Of a DNA stretch of 64,000 nucleotides, positions 13,673 through 27,121 are shown piece after piece. Every line of letters starts with the position of its first letter. Position 1 is the first letter of the stretch. Origin of the DNA: Eledone cirrhosa (Eukaryota); NCBI GenBank assembly GCA_964016885.1, contig OZ024740.1, positions 254,076,001 to 254,140,000 on the forward strand. The letters are read 5' to 3'. The position numbers were made by a program, and so were the translations under genes. The notes beneath the pieces are model-generated. The model saw only the letters and a list, made by a program, of their open reading frames with translations, ran no database searches and was not told where the DNA came from.

Positions 13673-13761
13673 TATTCCTGAAGATATGTAGACCAACAAA
13701 CTAATGCCCAATATATATTGAGGTATGGCCAGCTGTTATACATTGAAACGTAAGTAGAGTA
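13673..13761 (+). ncRNA. Type I hammerhead ribozyme in PLE 3' end
   Basis: tattc-CTGAAGA-t atgta...tacat t-GAAA-cgtaag-TA-gagta. Confidence 0.65.
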
Positions 13762-13833
13762 AAATTATGATATAAGTCTAAATTGGTTATTTACTCTTAT
13801 TTTATTATATATATACATATATATATATATATA

Positions 13834-14480
13834 CTAGCAAAGGTACCCGGCATTGCCCGGGAATGAAATTGTTCCTCTAAATTCCATTTATTCTTCAATT
13901 GGGATACATGATGAAATTAATTCTGATTTCATAATTAAATAAATAATAAAAACAAAATAATAAAAAAACGAAAATACAAAATTTACCACTGTTATGAAGG
14001 GAGATAAATTCTATCACATATGTTGAAGGAAATTACATAAGAGCTTCTGGGTAAACAACATTATTTGTTTTCTGTTTTGGAGCATAGACAAATAAGTCTT
14101 GTACCCACTCTGGAGCAACCAACATAAAGTTGACCATGAGAAAAGCAAGGCTCAATTAAGTGCGAGCCAGTAGATTTCAATCTGACTTTGAGCTTTATTA
14201 ATAGACATTGCAAAGCAAAGTTGCACTGGGAATTGTGTTCGTTTGAACTCAAATGGTATGTTTGTTGGTTTGATTGGAATTCTTGGAATGAAAGCATCTT
14301 CCCCAAAGGCACATCCAGTGATGATGGTAGCTTCTGTCACATTAGGTGATAATGTCTTCATAATCAACCTTGTCTCATCGCACAATTTAGGAGGATTTAA
14401 ATTTCTTAGAAGCATTATTGGGACTCCTACCTTCAGAAAACGTGGAGGAGTTCCAGGTGGCTCAAGAGAATTAAGGAACT
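13834..14480 (-). mobile_element. Helitron 3' end with helicase remnant
   Basis: Minus-strand terminal CTAG with GC hairpin cccgggcaatgccggg; ORFs [17 protein letters not shown]...[20 protein letters not shown] and FSHGQLYVGCSRV. Confidence 0.88.
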
Positions 14481-15000
14481 CTTATTTCCACACACACATA
14501 TGTATCTACATTGACACATATACATACAGTATCAAACACACAGCATCTCTCTCCCTCTATCCCCCTCTCTTTTTTTATAGAAACTTGTTCTCTCTCTGTG
14601 TTTCTTTCTCTCTTCACTCTTTTTCTCATTCTGTGTTTCTCTCGCTCACACATACTTTCTCACTCTCTTTTAATCTGTCTGTTTCTTTCACGCTCTCTCT
14701 TTCTAACTTAGTCACACTATTTACATTTCTCCCTCTATCGAAAAACGTTGTGATGAATGAGGAGATGGAGGAGGAGAAGTAAAGAGCCGCTTCCTCACTT
14801 TGCCTCTCTGTTTCTTTCTCTCCCCTCTTACTCCCTCATTTGCATTATGCAGACATACAAATACATATATATATACATACATAAGCAATGAGTTAATTTG
14901 TTGATTAGAAGCACTCTACAATTTTTCTTCTGGAGTATAATATCAATAATATTAATAAATGGAAATTATCTTTATAAAACCGTATTTATTTTATTATATA

Positions 15001-15261
15001 CTAGCAGAGTGGCCCGGCATTGCTCGGGATTCTAAACATAGATTGACATGTTTATCCCTCCTTTCTGAAACAGTACAGAGAAGTATGGAATACCTCGTCC
15101 TCGGGATAGTGTCTACATTTTGTGCGTATAAAAAAATTTGTCGTAGATTATCAGGGTTTTTTTCTGTACGAAGAAAATCAATACTTTATTGCGAAATTAA
15201 TACTTTTGGTTATATTTTGTTATTGTGTATGCAAAAATATCTGTACACGAATATATAATTA
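15001..15261 (-). mobile_element. Non-autonomous Helitron 3' end (interrupted by maT)
   Basis: ctagcagagtggcccggcattgctcgggat terminus; shares ttatattttgttattgtgtatgcaaaaatatct with 27901 unit. Confidence 0.75.
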
Positions 15262-16495
15262 CAGGGTGTGGACAATATTTGTTCGCAATTTTCAACTGCT
15301 AATTTTATGCAAATTTTTTTTACTTCCGTTGTCACTCTTGTCTTCATAAAAACAGTGACTATATTTCCATTATTTATTTTCAGAATAATTGATTATGAAT
15401 AATTTTGAACCTCCAAATTTGTGGAAGAGACACGGATTTCTTCTTGGAATCCGTGCCGGGAGGACAAATAAGCAAATTTCAGACTTTCTCAGCGTCAGCA
15501 GGAGAATGGTGGAAAAGGTCAGAAAAAAATTGGAACATTCAGGATTCGACTACAAAGCAACATCAGAGAGGAAAACACATGATCGACGATCTGACGCCTT
15601 CAGAACTCCCGAGTTCGTCGCTGAATGTCAGAATATCATCAACAATGAACCTAGCAAGTCGATGCTTGCCATTGTAAGGGAGAAAGGCGTGGATGAAAAG
15701 CTCATTAGGCTGGTGGTACATGAAGACATTCGCTATGTTTCATACAAGATGAGGAAAGGACAATTTCTGTCAAACGCAATGCAAGAAAAGCGACTGAAGC
15801 ACGCAAAGAAGCTGATCAACAAGTTCAAACACCCACTGGAGCCAGACATGAAGATCAACTCCCAGAACAACAGGTGGATCGCTGTCTCATCCAAAGACGT
15901 GCCCAGAGTCATGCAGACAAAGTTTCGAGCAACAACATTGGTCTTAGGTGTCGTCATGCCACCTCACTTCTTCCCTGAGGGCCTCAAGCTGAACACCGAT
16001 GGCTACACCCACGTTCTGAGCGAGGTAGTAAAGCCCTGGATCGACCAGGTAGCTGCAGGTAGGCCGTACGTGTGGCAGCAAGACTCAGCGCCCTGCCATT
16101 CCAGCCGAAAGACCCAAGCCTGGCTGTCAGAGAACTTCGTCGACCACACTTCACCTGACATCTGGCCTCCCAGCTCGCCTGACTGCAACCCCCTCGACTT
16201 CTTTGTGTGAGGCGCAGTGGAATGAGACACCAACAGAGCTAGCTGCAATACGAAAGACGATCTGAAGGCCAGGATCACAAGTGCCTTTAGGGGTCTAAGT
16301 CGGGACAGTGACGAAGGCCTGTAGCCGGTTCCGAGGCCGTCATCAAAGCCAATGGCGGGTTTATCGAGTGAGATCAAAAGAACAAGTCATGAAGACAAAC
16401 TGACCCAAGTTTGATAAATATATCTTAAAAAATAAAACTACTGTGTTAATTTTTCCTAGACAGTAATCTTGCGAACAAATATTGTCTGCACCCTG
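15262..16495 (+). mobile_element. Tc1/mariner DD37D (maT) transposon, defective
   Basis: 27-bp TIRs cagggtg(tg/ca)gacaatatttgttcgcaa, TA flanks; ORF 15389-16210 with QQD-x37-D (WPPSSPDCNPLD); first catalytic D region missing, in-frame stops after 16207. Confidence 0.93.
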
Positions 16496-16526
16496 TATAT
16501 ATATATATATATATATATATACATAC

Positions 16527-16581
<55 letters not shown>

Positions 16582-17273
16582 TATACATACATTATTTACA
16601 TTCTTATTTTATATATCTCTATTTTTCACTCTGTATCTTTATATTTCTCTCCCTAAATTTATTTCATCTCTCTCATTTTATTTTATCATATAATATAACT
16701 AATTAATTTATTTATTTATTAAAATAACCAATACACACATAAATACATTTAACATTATCATATTTTCACCTTATTATCTCTCCATATATTTCAACAATTC
16801 TCAAAAAACATTCTCAATAATTTTAATGTTTAAATATTCTTCGCACATTTTTACTCCTTTTATGTATTTATTTTTATTTTTCATTTTTCACATTTTATAC
16901 CATTTTATATAACATTAGATATAATTTATTAATTATTTATTTATTTATTTATCAATTTTTTATATATTTTTTTAATATATTTTTTATATATCTATTTTTA
17001 TTTTTATTTACATTTATTCATGTATTAACGTTTATTCATTTATTTAGCCCTCTATTCTTCTTTCGATCCTACGTTATTTCAACTTATGTTTGTCTCTCCT
17101 CTATCTACCATCGTCTTTTATATATCTTCTCTTTATATTTCGATCTATAATAATTTCTCCTTTTTCTTCTTTCTCTTTTTCCTTCTTCTTTCCTTTCTTT
17201 CTTTACTGTATCTATCGCCCTTTCTTCCTCCTTTTCTCTCTATATCTTTATTATTAATATTATTATTGATGGT

Positions 17274-17615
17274 GGAGGCACATGGCTTAGTGGTTAGAGC
17301 ATTGGCCTTGCAATCGAAAGGTTGTGAGTTCAATTCTCAGACCGGGTGATGTGTTGTTTCCTTGAGCAAGACACTTTATTTCACATTGCTCCAGTTTACT
17401 CAGCTGTAGAAATGAGATGCTAGGGATTGGGGTCCCTATCATTCCACTACAAAGTGGTCGTGGAGGTGCCACGGCAAAAAAGCACCTAGCACTCACTGTA
17501 AATGAGGTTGGTGTTATGAAGGGCATCCAGCTGTAGAAATCAAGCCAGCATCAGTTCCTCTCCCACCCTTGCAAGCAGGGAAAAAGTGGACGTAAAATGA
17601 AATGATGATGATGAT
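17274..17615 (+). mobile_element. tRNA-derived SINE
   Basis: Full copy of 8760 family with (GAT)n tail. Confidence 0.9.
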
Positions 17616-17667
17616 GAATGATGTAATTTGAATTTGTAAATTTGCCGGTTACATATATATTTTTTTA

Positions 17668-17777
17668 ACAGTTTCCGAAGATCTGATAGAGCTAACATCG
17701 TATTTAAAATTGAGTGGCACTGCTTTCAGTGTTTAGCAATTTTTAGACAACTTTGAGTAAAACAATTGTTAGACTGT
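17668..17777 (+). ncRNA. Degenerate hammerhead-like motif
   Basis: acagttt-CCGAAGA-...-AAAA-caattg-TT-agactgt; 7-bp stem I intact, core mutated. Confidence 0.5.
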
Positions 17778-17936
17778 AAATAAATCCCCTTTTTTGTACT
17801 GTTAACCATGTTATTCTCCACTTTTTCAATTTTATATATACATACATATATATATATACATACATACATATATATACATATATATATATATACATACATA
17901 TATATACATATATAAATATACATACATATATACAGA

Positions 17937-18229
17937 GAGGCACATGGCTTAGTGGTTAGAGCATTGGCCTTGCAATCGAAAGGTTGTGAGTTCAATTCTC
18001 AGACCGGGTGATGGGTTGTTTCCTTGAGCAAGACACTTTATTTCACATTGCTCCAGTTTACTCAGCTGTAGAAGTGGTCATGGAGGTGCCACGGCAAAAA
18101 AGCACCCAGCACTGTAAATGAGGTTGGTGTTAGGAAGGGCATCCAGCTGTAGAAATCAAGCCAGTATCAGTTCTCGTCCCACCCTTGCAAGCAGGAAAAA
18201 AGCGGACGTAAAATGATGATGATGATGAT
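17937..18229 (+). mobile_element. tRNA-derived SINE with internal deletion
   Basis: Same family as 17274. Confidence 0.88.
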
Positions 18230-19088
18230 ACATACATATATATACATACATATATACATACATACATATATATATACATATATATATATACATACATATA
18301 TATATATACATACATATATATATACATACATACAGACGTTCCAGTCATCCATCCATACAAATTTTACGAAGGTATTTCAGCTCCCTACCTCATACATCAA
18401 CTTTGTTATTCTCTTACCATGCTGACTCTGTCTCTGTCTATTTTTCCTCTACCATGCTCACTCTGTCTATTTTTCCATCAAAGGCTACAGGCCATGACTG
18501 GCTATTATTATTAATATTATTGTTGATGTATTCTATCGGTTACTTTGCCATGCGGCGACCCTCTCTCTCTATGATGGCTACCCCTCCTTTCTATCTTTCT
18601 CTCTATGATGGCCACCCATTACCTCCCGTTCCCTCTTCACCATTCCACCTCACTCATCTTGAAGCTATTGAAGAGATAAGACACTCGATTCTGAAAGGCT
18701 AAAATGAATCACTAGAGTTGATTTGGCTTCGTTCCAGTCATCCATCTTGACGGCGACCCTCTCTCCCTACCTCACAATTTCCCTCCCACCCACCCCCTCA
18801 CACCACCATAGCCTATTCGACCAATCAAACCTCAGCATGCCATTTCTTCTGCTACTGCTACCTAACTAACTCTCTCCTCCCCTGTCCCAGCCCAACACAC
18901 CCTGCCATATCCCACCACCACTGTTCTTCTAGCCCTCAATTTTCCTACCGTTATGGATGGATGAGCTGAGAATAAATTTGAGCAACTCTGAATTAATAGG
19001 TGAAATAGGAATCTGCGAGCTACCAAGCACCCATGTGAAGCGCCAATCCAGAGACCCTTCTCTACGAGTGTCGACAAATGCCCAAAAC

Positions 19089-22000
19089 TCCGAGTTGGTA
19101 CCATCAATGTAGGCTCAATGAAGGGAAGAGCATGAGAAATCGTAGAAATGCTAGAGCGAAAGGAAATTGATGTATGCTGTGTGCAAGAGACTAGATGGAG
19201 AGGAGAGTCTGCTAGAGTCCTTGTAGGAAAAAGTCGGTGCTACAAATTTTTCTGGGTGGGAAATGACGATGGGATGGGTGGTGTAGGTATACTACTAGCT
19301 GACAAGTGGGTAGATAAAGTTATCTCAGTGTACAGGGTAAATGCAAGAATCATTAAACTCAGACTAGTCCTGAATAAAACAATTACCACAATAATATCAG
19401 CTTACGCACCCCAATCGGGGCTGCCAGACGAACTTAAGGATAGGTTTTACGAGTCCCTAATGCACACTACTGCTCTAACAGACGACAATGACTTCCTAAT
19501 CATCGCAGGAGATTTTAACGGACACGTAGGTAAGCACTGCGACGGCTTCAATAGAGTACATGGAGGCCATGGGGTTGGCACAAGAAATGAGGAAGGATTC
19601 AGACTTCTAGAATTCTGCGACGCCAATGACATGTCGATATGTAACACAAACTTTAAAAAACCCGACAACCACCTGTTCACCTATAGATCAGGGGAGCACT
19701 CTAGTCAGATAGATTTTATCCTCATCAGAGGACGTGACAGATGGACGGTCGTAAACACAAAAGCCTTCTCTAGTGAAGAATGTACATCCCAACATAGCTT
19801 AGTTGTCTGCGACCTCAGTCAGAACTAGACGAACCTGGAAACAGAGGCCAACCTGGAGAAGAAAGATCTGGAAGCTGAAAGACCCCTCAACCAGTAACAG
19901 ATTTAAAGATATTTTACTCAACGCCTACGACAGTAAAAAAGAACAGATAGAGACATTCAATGTAGAAGATAACTGGGAGTTCCTAAAAAATAACTTACTA
20001 GAGGCGACGGATGAGGTCTGTGGCTGGAGTAAGACCTCAAGCAGGAGGAGAGTGACTTGGTGGTGGAACAATAAGGTAGATGAGGCAGTTAAGGCCAAGA
20101 GACAGGCCTGGAAAGAATGGAAGAATGGGGGGAGCAGGGTACATTACATAGAGACCAAGAGGAAAGCTAGGCGACAAGTATACTTAGCTAGGAGGGAAGC
20201 AGAGGATAGAAAATTCAAGCATGTTTTGCAACGTGAGGACCAGAAACAGGAGGTGTTCAAGATTGCGAGGCAGTGTGTCAGAGAGAATTGTGATGTCATT
20301 TGAGAGAAGTGTATCCAGAATGATAAAGGTGAGCTTGCCCTCACAAGTGCTGAGAAGAAAGATGCATGGAAGAGTCATTATGATAGATTACTAAATGAGG
20401 AGAATGCATGGGAAGAAGAGACCCTACCCCAAGTAGACCCTATAGAGGGGCCAGCAGTACAAGTCAGCAGCAGCGTAGTAAGTAAGGCAATCAAAGATAT
20501 GAAGATGGGGAAGGCAACCGGTCCATCAGGTATAGCTGCCGAGATGCTGAAGGCATCTGGGTCAGTAGGTCACACTATAACCACACATATTGTTAACCAG
20601 GTATTATTAGAAGGTGTCATACCAAAAGATTGGTGCAGTCGCATCATTGTCAACTGCTACAAAGGTAAAGGTGATGCACTAGATAGAGGAAACTATAGAG
20701 GTATAAAGCTGATGGACCAGCTCATGAAAGTAACAAAAAGAGTTATAGCACAGTTGATTAGGGACCGGGTGAAACTAGATGACTATAAGTGATGCCCTCT
20801 TCCTTGTGAGGCAGTTACAGGAAAAGTACCTAGCTAAAAGTAAGCCACTCTACCTGGCATTCGTCGATCTCGAGAAAGCCTTTGACAGAGTTCCACGTGC
20901 TATAATCTGGTGGGCTCTTAGAAAACTAGGAGTAGATGAATGGCTTGTGAAAGGTGTACAAGATATGTATAGGGGAGCAGTCAGCAAAGTTAGGATTAGC
21001 AATGAGTATAGCGAGGAATTTAGCGTACAGGTCGGTGCCCACCAGGGCTCTATTCTTAGCCCTCTCCTGTTCATCATAGTCCTGCAGGCAATAACGGAGG
21101 CGTTTAAGACTGGATGCCCATGGGAACTCCTGTATACAGATGACCTCGCACTTATAGCTGAATCTATGGTAGAACTAGAGAAGAAATTCCAAACTTGGAA
21201 GCAAGGACTAGAAAGAAAGGGTCTCAAAGTCAACCTGACAAAGACTAAGGTCCTTGTAAGTAGACGAGAAAACACAACCCAGATCCCCTCAGGGAAATGG
21301 CCTTGCTCGGTATGTAGAAAAGGTGTAGGTAGGAACTCCATTCTCTGCCCCAAATGCAAACAATGGGTACACAAGAGATGTAGCGGGATCTCAAGAGGCT
21401 TAATTAAGAATGTAGGCTTCACATGTAGCAGCTGTGCTGGGACAGCAAGCAGCAAACAGCCACAGAAAACAAGTACCACCAATCTCTGGGAGGGCTCTGC
21501 AGAAACAGTAGACAGCTTCTGCTACCTAGGTGACCGAATTAGCAGCGGAGGTGGGTGTTCAGAAAGTACAATAACTAGGGTAAGAACGGGATGGAAGAAG
21601 TTCAGGGAGCTACTGCCACTGCTAGCTGCAAAAGGCTTTTCCCTCAAAATGAAAGGCAGACTGTATGATGCATGTATCCGAACAGCGATGTTGCATGGTA
21701 GTGAGACCTGGGCGCTGATGGTGGAAGACTTACGTGGATTAGAAAGAAACGAAGCCTGCATGCTCCGATGGATGTGTAATAGTAATATACGCGAACGACA
21801 AAGCATAAATGAATTGAGAGAGACTGAGCATAAGAGGAATCAAATGCTGTGTGCAGGAGAGGCGGTTGCGTGGTATGGACATGTGATGCGTATGAAGGAT
21901 GACAGCTGCATAAAAAGGTGCAGAGCACTAGAAGTCAATGGAAGCCCCGGAGTGGGGAGACCCAAGAAGACCTGGGATGAGGTGATAAAAGCCGACCTTA

Positions 22001-22278
22001 CCCAATTAAACCTCTCAAAGGCGATGACACGACCGTGACCTCTTGCGTCACGCAGTAATACAGAGTACCCAACCTCCCATGGGTACAAGCTGAAGCATAT
22101 AGACAATATGCTCCCACACCCTCCCACTGCAAAGTGGTCGTGGAGGTGCCACGGCAAAAAAGCACCCAGCCCACACTGTAAAGTGGACGTGTAGGCGCCA
22201 CGGAAAAAAGCACCCAGGACTCACTGTAAATGAGGTTGGTGTTAGGAAGGGCATCCAGCTGTAGAAATCAAACCAGAA
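19089..22278 (+). mobile_element. Near full-length RTE-clade LINE (APE + RT + Cys/His finger), disrupted
   Basis: LRVGTINVGS...CVQETRW...GDFNGHVG...QIDFIL; NYRGIKL; FVDLEKAFDRV, HQGSILSPLLF, LLYTDD; stops, frameshifts and a deletion near 20780; 3' UTR 22039-22278. Confidence 0.95.
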
Positions 22279-22899
22279 TAAATATATATATATATATATA
22301 TACATACATAAATAAATATATATATATGTACATATATATACATACATATGTATATATATATATACATACATATGTATATATATATATACATACATAAATA
22401 TATATATACATATATATACATACATAAATATATATATACATATATATACATACATAAATATATATATACATATATATACATACATGCGTATATATATATA
22501 CATACATAAATATATATATACATATATAAATATATATATACATATATATACATACATAAATATATATATACATATATATACATACATAAATATATATATA
22601 CATATATATACATACATAAATATATATATACATATACATACATACATAAATATATATATACATATACATACATACATAAATATATATATACATATACATA
22701 CATAAATATATATATACATATACATTCATACATAAATATATATATACATATACATACATACATAAATATATATATACATATACATACATAAATATATATA
22801 TACATATACATACATAAATATATATATACATATACATACATACATAAATATATATATACATATACATACATACATAAATATATATATACATATACATAA

Positions 22900-22950
<51 letters not shown>

Positions 22951-22978
22951 CATACATACATAAATATATATATATATA
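22279..22978. repeat. Compound minisatellite (~22-26 bp units, catacataaatatatatatacatata)
   Basis: Direct inspection. Confidence 0.9.
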
Positions 22979-23558
22979 TGGTGGCTGCCAACTCGTATTC
23001 GAGTACGGCCACTACTTTATATCCATCTAGGAGAACCCTTACCGATGCGCTGAACGAGTGTGACTTTTTAGTCCAGCCAGCGACTTGAAAACTCTGGTAC
23101 AAACACTACACTTGTGACAATTATTGACACATAGTGCTGGGCCCATGGTACCATGTGAGGAAAAGTGCTGAGAGATATCCAGATATAAATCAATGCCTGT
23201 GCCGTGAAGCTTTTATAGTGAGCAAAGGTATTGCACAAAGCCAGTCCCACTCTCTTAACCAAGATGATATTTACCAAAAAGAAGAACAAGTCAACATCAT
23301 TGGATACCATCAGGGTTGCAGGTGTTATATCAGAGTTTTCCTTCTAGAATTCTGCCTTGACAAAGGTTAAGGGGTCATCTCTCCCGGTGATTTTGGATGG
23401 CCATTGAATCTTAAGAGCTCCTTTGCCATCATCATCATCACCGCCTAACGTCCATCTTCCAGGCTAGCATGACATACATATATATACACACCATACACAT
23501 ATACATATATATATATATACATACATACATACACACATACATATATATACATACACAC

Positions 23559-23600
<42 letters not shown>

Positions 23601-24252
23601 TCATACACACACACACATAAATATATACACATACGCTTATATATATATATATATCAGACTTGCTAACCTCTAAAAACCCAATCGTGGTGTATCGTGGCAA
23701 AAAGTTCCTCAAAACGGGGACATTTTACATAATGAAAGCTATAACCATTTTCACAAGAGAAGACGTCACTCATCCACCTCAAAGTTGGTGGGAGATCTCC
23801 CTGCACGAGGGGAAGAATCGACAGGTATGATATATATATATATACATGCACCCATATATATATATACAATTATATATACATTTGTATATATATACACATA
23901 TACACAGACACATTATATATGAAAAGAGATTTTGAAACGGAACCAAATTGTTTAAACAAACAATCTTACCTCAGTAAATTTAAATAACGAATAAGACTAT
24001 ACAGATATTTACAGTAATAAAGGAAAGAAAAGCGTTCGGAAAAGACCCACACATTTAGTTGCACAAAGGGCATGGGAGATCCTTCTATCAAAAAAAAAAA
24101 AACAGTTCTGTTTTTACTGGAAATATTGTGAAAACAGGCAAAATAAATTGTAATAATGTAGGTAAGTATGAAGACAAGATCCAATACTGTTAAATGTGTG
24201 GTTCTCCGTTCATTCAAACAACAGAATTCTTCGATTTTATTCCTAAACTTAC

Positions 24253-24372
24253 CTTATCAAACACGCCGGAATTTAGGGGCACCGACCCTTTGATCATTTC
24301 AGCCAGGCAAGTTGGCCATAATATCGCTAAAAACAGGATAAATAAAGCAATATGTGTTGAGTGATATGCCAT
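24253..24372 (-). CDS. ERP29: First coding exon of endoplasmic reticulum resident protein 29 (ERp29/Windbeutel-like)
   Basis: MAYHSTHIALFILFLAILWPTCLA (signal peptide) + EMIKGSVPLNSGVFDK resembles ERp29 KGALPLDTVTFYK; ends in a strong donor AAG|GTAAGT, phase 0. Based on 40 aa only; downstream exons not found in window. Confidence 0.75.
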
Positions 24373-24569
24373 TGTGAGATGTAAGAAAGAGTTGTAGAGA
24401 CGAAGCGTCTTTCCACGATAGTAGTTGTTGTCTAACTGGAACAAATATAATCAAGTCAATATAGTTGCCTCATATCAAGTACGGAAGCTCATAAGTGATA
24501 ACAATACATATAGTCTAAAAAGAGATTTTATCAACCTGAAAAGTATATTTTAATATTTCCAAAACACAC

Positions 24570-25430
<861 letters not shown>

Positions 25431-25450
25431 CATATATATATATATATATA

Positions 25451-25595
25451 TATTTCTGAAGACGGCATATATATGTGTTTGGTATGTATATTTAATTTTG
25501 ATAGTTTGTATAATTTTGTATAATTTTGTACATAGATCTGTTGAATATGCATGCCAATTCTAACACATATATATCCTAGAAACGATCGTTAAATA
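25451..25595 (+). ncRNA. Type I hammerhead ribozyme, long stem II
   Basis: tattt-CTGAAGA-~115-nt hairpin-GAAA-cgatcg-TT-aaata. Confidence 0.75.
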
Positions 25596-25770
25596 ATGAA
25601 CTTTTTTTGTTTAATATAAGGAACTGTTTCATTGTTTTATTCATTATTTTTTTAATATTTTATATATATATATATATATATATAATGGAAAAATTTGAAC
25701 AGGGACAAAACAGAGAGGCAGTACAACGAATGTTTATTAATTTCACGCTCTGGAGAGTGGGGTGTTGGTG

Positions 25771-25810
25771 GGGGACGACGTTTCGGGCATAAGCCCTTCC
25801 TCAGGTGAGA
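25771..25810 (-). ncRNA. Hammerhead-like core lacking clear stem I
   Basis: CTGAGGA-a gggc ttat gccc-GAAA-cgtcg-TC; flanks do not pair. Confidence 0.45.
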
Positions 25811-26172
25811 AGTGTGTGGGAACAGAGTTCAAAGGGTGTGTAAGGGAGTGGTGGAGAGACATATAGCGAAAGGAAACGGTGCGAATGAAAAAAATATAAA
25901 AATAAAAATAAAAATAAAAATAAAGCATGATCAAAATACAAGGAATGAAATATATATATATATATATATATGTAGATAAATCTACCAAGAGTTTACGGTA
26001 GTGTCCAATCCGTATGAAGAACTCAATGTAATCCGGATATCATGGAAAGAAGAGATGCAATGAAAAATCACTTTCGGTGAAAGATAAACGGAATACAGAG
26101 TCAAGATAAAATATTAAAAAAATAATGAATAAAACAATGAAACAGTTCCTTATATTAAACAAAAAAAGTTCA

Positions 26173-26319
26173 TTATTTAACGATCGTTTCTAGGATATAT
26201 ATGTGTTAGAATTGGCATGCATATTCAACAGATCTATGTACAAAATTATACAAAATTATACAAACTATCAAAATTAAATATACATACCAAACACATATAT
26301 ATGCCGTCTTCAGAAATAA
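26173..26319 (-). ncRNA. Type I hammerhead ribozyme, long stem II
   Basis: Reverse complement copy of 25451 family. Confidence 0.75.
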
Positions 26320-26330
26320 ATTATTTCTGA

Positions 26331-26477
26331 TTATTTCTGAAGACGGCATATATATGTGTTGGGTATGTATATTTAATTTTGATAGTTTGTATAATTTTGT
26401 ATAATTTTGTACATAGATCTGTTGAATATGCATGCCAATTCTAACACATATATATCCTAGAAACGATCGTTAAATAA
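26331..26477 (+). ncRNA. Type I hammerhead ribozyme, long stem II
   Basis: ttattt-CTGAAGA...GAAA-cgatcg-TT-aaataa; back-to-back with 26173-26319. Confidence 0.75.
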
Positions 26478-26562
26478 TGAACTTTTTTTGTTTAATATAA
26501 GGAACTGTTTCATTGTTTTATTCATTATTTTTTTAATATTTTATATATATATATATATATAT

Positions 26563-26697
<135 letters not shown>

Positions 26698-27073
26698 TAC
26701 TAGCCGAATTACCCGCGCCTTGCTGCGTTTCAGACATTTTTTTGTAAGAAAATGATAATCAGTGATATAATTTATAGAAAAAAAATATCGGGAAAATGTT
26801 ATAAAAGTAGAGGCATTAACTAATCAAAAGGGCGACGATGGTTGCCTGAACACTGTACAGCGTAATTCGGGCTGTTTGTTTGTTTACAAACAAACCGAAC
26901 ATTATAATAAATGTTCGGTAAACCCATACGTACATATATATATGTGTACATGTATGTATATATATACATACTACTGTACGTCTGTATACATATATGTAAG
27001 TACGTATACATACTTATATTTAAGTAACAGCCGTACTAAGAGTGAGAAATGAAATTTCGTTTCACTCTTTTCC

Positions 27074-27120
<47 letters not shown>

Positions 27121-27121
<1 letters not shown>

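Noticed and set aside
22980-23430. Complex-sequence island as a possible exon
   Set aside because: No recognisable protein motif or convincing splice pair; left unassigned.
1-24252. Second ERp29 exon
   Set aside because: No KFD/YPYG-encoding segment was seen by eye on the minus strand; tBLASTn would be decisive.
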